Positions 58,028-64,000 of a stretch of 64,000 nt of DNA are shown piece after piece. Every line of letters begins with the position of its first letter. Position 1 is the first letter of the stretch. Under the pieces are notes generated by a model that saw only the letters and a program-made list of their open reading frames with translations, made no database searches and was not told the DNA's origin. The position numbers and the translations under genes were made by a program. This DNA comes from Myxococcota bacterium (GTDB lineage: Bacteria > Myxococcota_A > Polyangia > Polyangiales > Sandaracinaceae): contig JAYZQJ010000022.1 in the NCBI GenBank assembly GCA_036149055.1, positions 1 through 64,000 of the forward strand, written 5' to 3'.

Positions 58028-58923
58028 GCGCGGCCGACCAGAGCTGGCGGAGCGCCGCGGAGCGAGGCTCCATCCTCGGCGTCCGCTTCGTGCTGTGGCT
58101 GGCCACCGCCTTCGGTCGCGCGCCGGCCCGGCTCTTCGTCCGGGTGCTCGCCTTCTACTACACGCTCTTCGCGGGCGCGGCGCGCGAGGGCACGCGCGCG
58201 TTCCTCCGCCGGGCGGGCGAGGAGGCGTCGTTCGGGCGCGTCTACCGTCAGATCCTCCGCTTCGCCCAGGTCACGCTCGACTCGCTCTTCTTCCTGCGCG
58301 GCAAGCTCTCGCCGTTCCGCATCACCCGCGACGGCTCGGAGCACCTGGCGGCGCTGCGGGACGGCAAGCAGGGCGCGATCCTGCTCGGGGCGCACGTCGG
58401 CAGCATGTACGCGATGCGCGCGCAGGGGACCGAGGAGTCCCTGCCGCTGCACGCGGTCGTCTACACGAAGCACGCGGCGCGCATCAACGCGGTGCTCGAG
58501 GAGATCGATCCCGACGGACACGCGAAGCTGCTCCAGATGGGCGAGGGCGTGGACTTCATGCTCCGCATCAAGGAGCTGATCGAGGAGGGCGCGCTCATCG
58601 CGATCCTGGCCGACCGGGTCGGCTCGGACGACCGCGCGGTGACGGTCGAGTTCTTCGGCGCGCCGGCCCGCTTCCCGACGGGGCCGTTCATCCTGGCGTC
58701 CACGCTGAAGTGTCCCGTCTACCTGACGTATGGCCTGTATCGGGATCCAGACCTATACGAGCTTCATTGCGAGCCCTTCGCCGAAGTGATCGAGTTGCCG
58801 CGCAAGCGCCGTCAGGAGGCGCTGCAGGAGCACGTCCAGCGCTACGCGGCGCGCCTCGAGGCGATCGTGCGGGCGGCTCCGGACAACTGGTTCAACTTCT
58901 ACGACTTCTGGCGCCATGACTGA
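58024..58923 (+). CDS. Lipid A acyltransferase-like protein (C-terminal half of ApeJ)
   Basis: ERGS, AHVGS, LADRV, FPTGPF, P.NWFNFYDFW. Confidence 0.88.
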   Translation: MSAADQSWRSAAERGSILGVRFVLWLATAFGRAPARLFVRVLAFYYTLFAGAAREGTRAFLRRAGEEASFGRVYRQILRFAQVTLDSLFFLRGKLSPFRITRDGSEHLAALRDGKQGAILLGAHVGSMYAMRAQGTEESLPLHAVVYTKHAARINAVLEEIDPDGHAKLLQMGEGVDFMLRIKELIEEGALIAILADRVGSDDRAVTVEFFGAPARFPTGPFILASTLKCPVYLTYGLYRDPDLYELHCEPFAEVIELPRKRRQEALQEHVQRYAARLEAIVRAAPDNWFNFYDFWRHD

Positions 58924-60493
58924 CGCGGTCTTCATCGGCAGCGAGCCGCTCACCATCGAGGACGTGGTCCGCCTCGCCCACGGGCGGGCTCGGCCGCGCA
59001 TCACCGAGGACTCCGAGACCCGGGCCCGCATCGCGGCCAGCGTCGCGTTCATCGAGGAGAGCCTCGCGAGCGGCCGGGCGGTCTACGGCATCACCACCGG
59101 CTTCGGGGCCTCGGCCGAGTTCGCGGTCTCCCCGGAGGTCGCGGCCGCGATGCCGCTCAACCTGCTGCGCTACCACGGCTGCGGCACCGGCCGGGTGCTC
59201 ACCGAGGTCGAGGCGGCGGCGGTGGTCGCGACCCGGCTGGCGCCCCTGGCGCGCGGCTGGTCGGGGGTGCGCCTCGAGGTGCTGGAGCGGCTCTGCGTGC
59301 TGCTCGAGCGCCGCATCCTGCCGGCGATCCCGGCCGAGGGCTCGGTCGGCGCGAGCGGAGACCTGACGCCGCTCAGCTACGTGGCCGCCCTGCTCGTCGG
59401 CGAGCGCGAGTGCTGGCGCGAGGGCCACATCGGGCCGGCGGCGGAGGTGCTCGCCGACGCGGGCCTTGAGCCGCTCGCGCTGGCGCCCAAGGAGAGCCTG
59501 GCGCTGATGAACGGGACGAGCGTGATGACCGCGCTCGGGTGCCTGGCCTTCGACCGCGCGCGCCGGCTCGGCCGCCTCGCGAGCGCGCTCACCGCCATGA
59601 CCTCCGACGTGCTCTACGGGCTGCCCGGGCACTTCGACGACCGCATCTTCGCGCTCAAGCCGCACCCCGGGCAGCGGCAGGCGGCGACCTGGATCCGCGA
59701 GGGCATCCTGGCGCGCGACGAGGAGGCGCCGCGCCTCCGCTACGCGTGGGTGAACGGCGGCGCCGTCCGGGAGACGACCCGCTCGGCCCGCATCCAGGAC
59801 CGCTACTCGATCCGCTGCGCGCCTCACGTCATCGGCGTGCTGCTCGACGCGCTGCCCTTCACCCGGCAGCTGCTCGAGACCGAGCTCAACGGCGTGAACG
59901 ACAACCCGCTCATCGATCCCGAGGCGGGCGAGGCGCTGCACGGCGGCAACTTCTACGGCGGGCACGCGTGCCTCGCGACCGACACCCTGAAGAACGTCTG
60001 CGCGAACGTCGCCGACCTGCTCGACCGGCAGCTCGCGCTGCTCAACAACCCGCTGACGAACGAGGGCTTGCCGGCCAACCTCGTCGGCCGGACGGGCGGC
60101 GACCGGGCGACCCATCACGGCTTCAAGGCGATGGAGATCAGCGCGTCGGCGCTCACCGCCGAGGCCCTGAAGACGACCATGCCGGCGAGCGTCTTCTCGC
60201 GCAGCACCGAGAGCCACAACCAGGACAAGGTCTCGATGGGCACCATCAGCGCCCGCGAGGCGCTCCGGGTGCTCGAGCTCACCGAGACGGTCGCGGTCAT
60301 CCACCTGCTCGCGCTCTGCCAGGCGGTGGATCTGCGCGGCGCGGACCGCTGTCACCCGCGCAGCGTGGCGATGCGCGACGCGGTGCGCCGAGAGGTCCCC
60401 ATGCACGACGCGGATCGCAACATGGACGTGGACATCGAGGCGACGCTCGCGCGCTACCGGGCGGGCGACCTGCCCGTCGAGGCCGACGCGTGA
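58916..60493 (+). CDS. MIO-dependent aromatic amino acid ammonia-lyase (HAL/PAL/TAL family)
   Basis: YGITTGFG, GSVGASGDL (MIO triad ASG), QDRYSIRC, NQDKVSMG. Confidence 0.93.
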   Translation: MTDAVFIGSEPLTIEDVVRLAHGRARPRITEDSETRARIAASVAFIEESLASGRAVYGITTGFGASAEFAVSPEVAAAMPLNLLRYHGCGTGRVLTEVEAAAVVATRLAPLARGWSGVRLEVLERLCVLLERRILPAIPAEGSVGASGDLTPLSYVAALLVGERECWREGHIGPAAEVLADAGLEPLALAPKESLALMNGTSVMTALGCLAFDRARRLGRLASALTAMTSDVLYGLPGHFDDRIFALKPHPGQRQAATWIREGILARDEEAPRLRYAWVNGGAVRETTRSARIQDRYSIRCAPHVIGVLLDALPFTRQLLETELNGVNDNPLIDPEAGEALHGGNFYGGHACLATDTLKNVCANVADLLDRQLALLNNPLTNEGLPANLVGRTGGDRATHHGFKAMEISASALTAEALKTTMPASVFSRSTESHNQDKVSMGTISAREALRVLELTETVAVIHLLALCQAVDLRGADRCHPRSVAMRDAVRREVPMHDADRNMDVDIEATLARYRAGDLPVEADA

Positions 60494-60939
60494 GCGTGCC
60501 GCGTCAGCGGCCCCCGGCCGACGCGGCGACGGTGGAGGGCGAGGTGCCGTTCCACGACGTCGATCCGCTGCACATCGTGTGGCACGGCCACTACTACAAG
60601 TACTTCGAGATCGCGCGGACCAAGCTCCTCCGCCGCCACCGCATCGACGGGACCGATCTGCTCGACCTCGGCTTCCGGCTGGTCGTGACCCACGGCGAGT
60701 GCCGCCACGTGGCGTCGCTGACCTACGGCGACCGCTACCGGGTGAAGGCATGGTTCCTCGACACCGAGCACCGCCTCCACGTCGCCTACGAGGTGTGGAA
60801 CGTCTCGAAGGACCAGCGCGCCGCCCGGGCCCGGACCGAGCTCGCCTTCACCGACGCGGAGGGCAACCTGCTCTTCGAGACCCCGAAGGCAGTCCGGCAG
60901 AGAATCCAGGAGACCCCGGCTGCGTCGGAGGCGACGTGA
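60490..60939 (+). CDS. 4HBT-like acyl-CoA thioesterase (ApeK-like)
   Basis: VPFHDVDPLHIVWHGHYYKYFEIAR. Confidence 0.9.
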   Translation: MSVPRQRPPADAATVEGEVPFHDVDPLHIVWHGHYYKYFEIARTKLLRRHRIDGTDLLDLGFRLVVTHGECRHVASLTYGDRYRVKAWFLDTEHRLHVAYEVWNVSKDQRAARARTELAFTDAEGNLLFETPKAVRQRIQETPAASEAT

Positions 60940-61547
60940 CCCGCGCCCTCTGCGTCCTGATCTGCCTGCTCCCGAGCGTCGCGTCGGCCCAGGCGCCCAC
61001 CCTCGAGTCGCTCCTGTCGCGCTTCGCCGCGCTGCCGGGCCTCGAGGCTCGCTTCGTCGAGGAGAAGCGCGTCGCGCTGCTCGCCGTCCCGGTCCGGAGC
61101 GAGGGCCGCATCTGGTTCTCCCAGGACCGCGTGATGCGCCGGGTGACCGCGCCCGATCCGAGCGCCGCGCTCATCGCCGACGGCCGCCTCCGCATGCGCC
61201 AGGGCGACCGCACCGAGGAGATCGAGATCGGCGACAACCCGGTCCTGCGCGGCTTCGTCGACTCCTTCCGCGCGGTGCTCGCCGGCGACCGCGAGGCGCT
61301 CGAGCGCTACTACCGCGCGACCCTGACTCCCGGCGAGGGCGAGTCCTGGACCCTCCGCCTCGTTCCCCGCGACGACGCGCTCCGGCGTTTCCTCCGCGAG
61401 ATCACGATGCGCGGCGACGGGGTGACCATTCACGAGATGCGCATGGTCGAGGTGAGCGGCGACGAGACCCGCACCACCTTCACCGACGTCGACACCGCCC
61501 GCCGCTTCTCGCCCGCCGAAGCCCGCCGCATCTTCCGCGTCGAATGA
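60936..61547 (+). CDS. LolA-like periplasmic carrier (ApeL-like)
   Basis: Signal peptide; ARFVEEKRVALLAVPVRSEG, WTLRLVPRD. Confidence 0.85.
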   Translation: MTRALCVLICLLPSVASAQAPTLESLLSRFAALPGLEARFVEEKRVALLAVPVRSEGRIWFSQDRVMRRVTAPDPSAALIADGRLRMRQGDRTEEIEIGDNPVLRGFVDSFRAVLAGDREALERYYRATLTPGEGESWTLRLVPRDDALRRFLREITMRGDGVTIHEMRMVEVSGDETRTTFTDVDTARRFSPAEARRIFRVE

Positions 61548-61556
61548 CCCCCTCGT

Positions 61557-61770
61557 CTCGCAGAGACGGCTGACGGCGGGCGACGGCATGGCGGCTCGCC
61601 GGGTCGTGCCGGATCGTGGGCGGCTTGGCGGTCGCGTTTTTCTCTCTCGCAGAGACGCAGAGGCGCAGAGAGGGCGGCGGGGTGGTGGGTCGCCGGGTCG
61701 TGTGGGGGTGTGGGCGGCTTGGCGGCAGCTTTTTTCTCTCGCAAAGACGCAAAGACGCAAAGACGGGTAG
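61557..61770 (+). repeat. Three copies of the CGCA(G/A)AGA-core repeat family
   Basis: Cores at about 61557, 61646 (CTCGCAGAGACGCAGAGGCGCAGAG, identical to 44217) and 61738. Confidence 0.88.
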
Positions 61771-61839
61771 GGGGCGGCGGGGTGGTGAGTCGCCGGGGGG
61801 GGCCGGGCGGTGACGGCTGGTGGGCAACTCCTCCACTCC

Positions 61840-62090
61840 TCTTCCTTGCCTCTCCTCCTCTTTTCTTTCCTCGCTTCCGTCCTTCCTCGTTTCCCGCGAG
61901 TCGCAGGTGCCGAGCGGGTGAGCGGCAGGTGCCGAGCGGGTGAGCGGCGTGGACGGGGGCCGGGATGGGCGCCCATTTTCCTCCTCGCCTCCCGCCTCCC
62001 ATCTCCCCTTCTTCGTTGCCTCTAGAGAACAGTGTGGGCGTCTGGGCTGATCCTCCTCGTTTCCATCCTTCCTCGTTTCCGGCGAGTTGG
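61840..62090. repeat. Pyrimidine-rich repeat element shared with 37794-37877, plus a 22-bp tandem duplication
   Basis: 61978-62007 matches 37794-37823 at 29 of 30 nt; CCTTCCTCGYTTCC copies; GCAGGTGCCGAGCGGGTGAGCG twice (61903-61946). Confidence 0.8.
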
Positions 62091-62103
62091 AGTGGCGAGG
62101 AGA

Positions 62104-63603
62104 TCATGGGGAACGGGTGAGGAGGGTGCGGGCGCGGGTGAGGGCGCGTTCGAGGGGGCGGCCGCAGCGGCGGCGGGCGAAGCGATCGAGGATGGGGAGG
62201 ACGCGGGGGTCGCCGAGGCGGCCGAGGCGGAGGACGGCGGCGCGGCGCTCGCGGCAGTCGGTCTCGGACTCGAGCTCGGCGAGGGTGCGGGCGAGGGGGG
62301 AGACCTCGCCCGGGGGCTCGAAGGCGAGGATGGCGGTCGCCGCCTCTTCGCGGGCGCGGTCGGGGGCCTCGGGATCGAGGAGGACGTCGAGCGAGGCCTC
62401 GACGGGATCTTCGGTGGGGGCCGAGGTGGGGCCGGGCGCGATCGGGCCGGCCGCGCCGGTGATCTCGGCCTGGCGTTGGCGCTCCCAGGCCGAGAAGGCG
62501 AGGGCGCCCGCCGCGGCGAGCGCGAGCGCGGCCACGATCCAGGGCCAGACCCGGCGGCGCGGCGGCGGCGGTGAGATCGCGATCTCGAGCGAGGGGTCCG
62601 AGGGCGGGCTGGAGGAGGGGGCGTCGCCGGTCTCGGCGTCGAGCACCACCGCGTCTTCGAGCGCGAGCAGCGCGCGGAGCTCTCCCTGTACGTCGGCGGC
62701 GGAGGCGGGCCGGGCGTGCATCTCGAAAGAGAGCAGGCGGTCGACGAGGTCGGCGAAGGCGTCCGGGACGTCGGCGCTCAGCGGGGGGCGCGCCTCGCCG
62801 ACGAGCTCCTTGACGAACGCGCTCGCCGAGAGCGACTCGTCGAAGAGCGGCTCGCCCTGCACCATCTCCCAGAGCAGGATGCCGAGCGCGTAGAGATCGC
62901 TGCGGCCGTCCACCGCGTGCCCGAGCGCCTGCTCCGGCGCCATGTAGCCCACCGTGCCGATCATCGCGCCGTGCTGGGTCAGCGCCTCGTCCGCCGCGCC
63001 GTCGCCGCTCGCGATGTGGGCGACGCCGAAGTCGAGGAGCTTCACCGTCTCGTGGCCGTCGCCGTCCGGCTCGAGCACGACGTTGTCGGGCTTCAGATCG
63101 CGGTGCACGACCCCGTTGTCGTGCGCGGCCCAGAGCGCCTCGGAGAGCTCGGCGCCCACCCGCGCCGCGCGCCGCCACCCGAAGGCGCCGTCCTCGTAGA
63201 GCGCCTCCGCGAGGGAGCGGCCGGAGACGAGCTCGAGCACGAGGAAGGCGACGCCGTCCTCCATCTCGCCGCAGTCGATGGCGTTGACGATGTGGCGGTG
63301 GGAGAGGCGCCCCGCGATCGCGACCTCGCGGGCGAAGCGCTGCACGATCTCCTCGTTCCCCTCGTGGCCCTGCAGCATCACCTTCACTGCGAAGGGGCGC
63401 CCGAGCTTCACGTGGCGGGCCTCGAAGACCGCGCCCATGCCGCCCTCGGCCAGCAGCTCGGTCAGCGCGTAGCGCTCGTCGACCACCCGGCCGATCCAGC
63501 CCTCGTACGGGCTCGGGCCTTCGGGCGGAGGCTCGGCCGACGGCCGGGAGCGGGGCCGCCCGATGCCCGCGATGCTGCGGTCTCTCGATCCGCTCGCGCC
63601 CAT
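62104..63603 (-). CDS. Membrane Ser/Thr protein kinase
   Basis: EGGMGAVF, AVK, HRDLKPDN, DFG, YMAPE; TM; short helical/HEAT-like C-terminus. Confidence 0.92.
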   Translation of the reverse strand: MGASGSRDRSIAGIGRPRSRPSAEPPPEGPSPYEGWIGRVVDERYALTELLAEGGMGAVFEARHVKLGRPFAVKVMLQGHEGNEEIVQRFAREVAIAGRLSHRHIVNAIDCGEMEDGVAFLVLELVSGRSLAEALYEDGAFGWRRAARVGAELSEALWAAHDNGVVHRDLKPDNVVLEPDGDGHETVKLLDFGVAHIASGDGAADEALTQHGAMIGTVGYMAPEQALGHAVDGRSDLYALGILLWEMVQGEPLFDESLSASAFVKELVGEARPPLSADVPDAFADLVDRLLSFEMHARPASAADVQGELRALLALEDAVVLDAETGDAPSSSPPSDPSLEIAISPPPPRRRVWPWIVAALALAAAGALAFSAWERQRQAEITGAAGPIAPGPTSAPTEDPVEASLDVLLDPEAPDRAREEAATAILAFEPPGEVSPLARTLAELESETDCRERRAAVLRLGRLGDPRVLPILDRFARRRCGRPLERALTRARTLLTRSP

Positions 63604-63632
63604 GCGCCGATTGTAGGGTACGTTCCGCCGCC

Positions 63633-64000
63633 ATGAGCGCGCGATTCGTCCTCCTCTCCCTGCTGCTCTTCGCCGGCTGCGACGGCGCCTCCTCGCCGGT
63701 CGACGCCGGCGGCGATGACGACGCGGGCTCCGCCGGAGACGCGGCCAGCGTAGACGCGGGCACTGGCCTGCCCGAGACCTGCACCGACGACTGCGCGGCC
63801 CTCGACCTCACCGCAACCTTCGACGGCAACACCGCGCCCTTCACCCGCGCTCAGCTCGGGCTCGAGCGCGAGGGCGACCGGGTGGTGGCGCTCCGGGTCG
63901 AGGCGCACGACGGCGGCGATCCGGCCTGCCCGACGATGAGCTCGCCCACCCCGGATCGGACCCTGATCATCACCTTCCCCGTGCCCGAGGGCGGCGCGCC
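63633..64000 (+). CDS. Lipoprotein, 3'-truncated by the window edge
   Basis: MSARFVLLSLLLFAGC lipobox; frame open to the end (absent from the ORF track because it has no stop). Confidence 0.75.
   Translation, partial: MSARFVLLSLLLFAGCDGASSPVDAGGDDDAGSAGDAASVDAGTGLPETCTDDCAALDLTATFDGNTAPFTRAQLGLEREGDRVVALRVEAHDGGDPACPTMSSPTPDRTLIITFPVPEGGA

Noticed and set aside
58916..60493. Catabolic histidase hutH
   Set aside because: No hut genes nearby, it is embedded in the biosynthetic operon, and the selectivity loop is not Ser-His.

Overview
A very GC-rich, densely coding window whose gene content points to a myxobacterium, probably Polyangiales/Sandaracinaceae-like (inference from an AglRQS-type motor, several Ser/Thr kinases, a MYXO-CTERM-like protein and a TIGR04552-like protein). 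Most long Arg/Pro/Ala-rich ORFs in the track are shadows of the roughly 55 real genes. Left to right: the 3' part of a RAYT-type transposase with downstream palindromes; a PDZ/NuoH-like membrane lipoprotein; an acidic-then-basic histone H1-like protein; tRNA-Ala(GGC); a kinase / TPR-TonB-dependent receptor / lipoprotein / ribF run; HEAT protein, xseB, sulfatase-fold, OmpA-family, recX and matrixin genes; a TatT-type TRAP transporter; a frameshifted DEDDh exonuclease; two divergent MotA/ExbD motor operons (one is aglRQS-like) plus an orphan aglQ copy; a RelA/SpoT-like nucleotidyltransferase divergent from a Lon whose catalytic Ser is replaced by Ala; convergent arrays of ~110-bp repeats enclosing a small DUF397-like ORF; and a 13-gene aryl-polyene-type cluster with a halogenase-like flavoprotein and an ammonia-lyase but no visible dehydratase. 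Family assignments come from motif recognition by eye; no database search was run.
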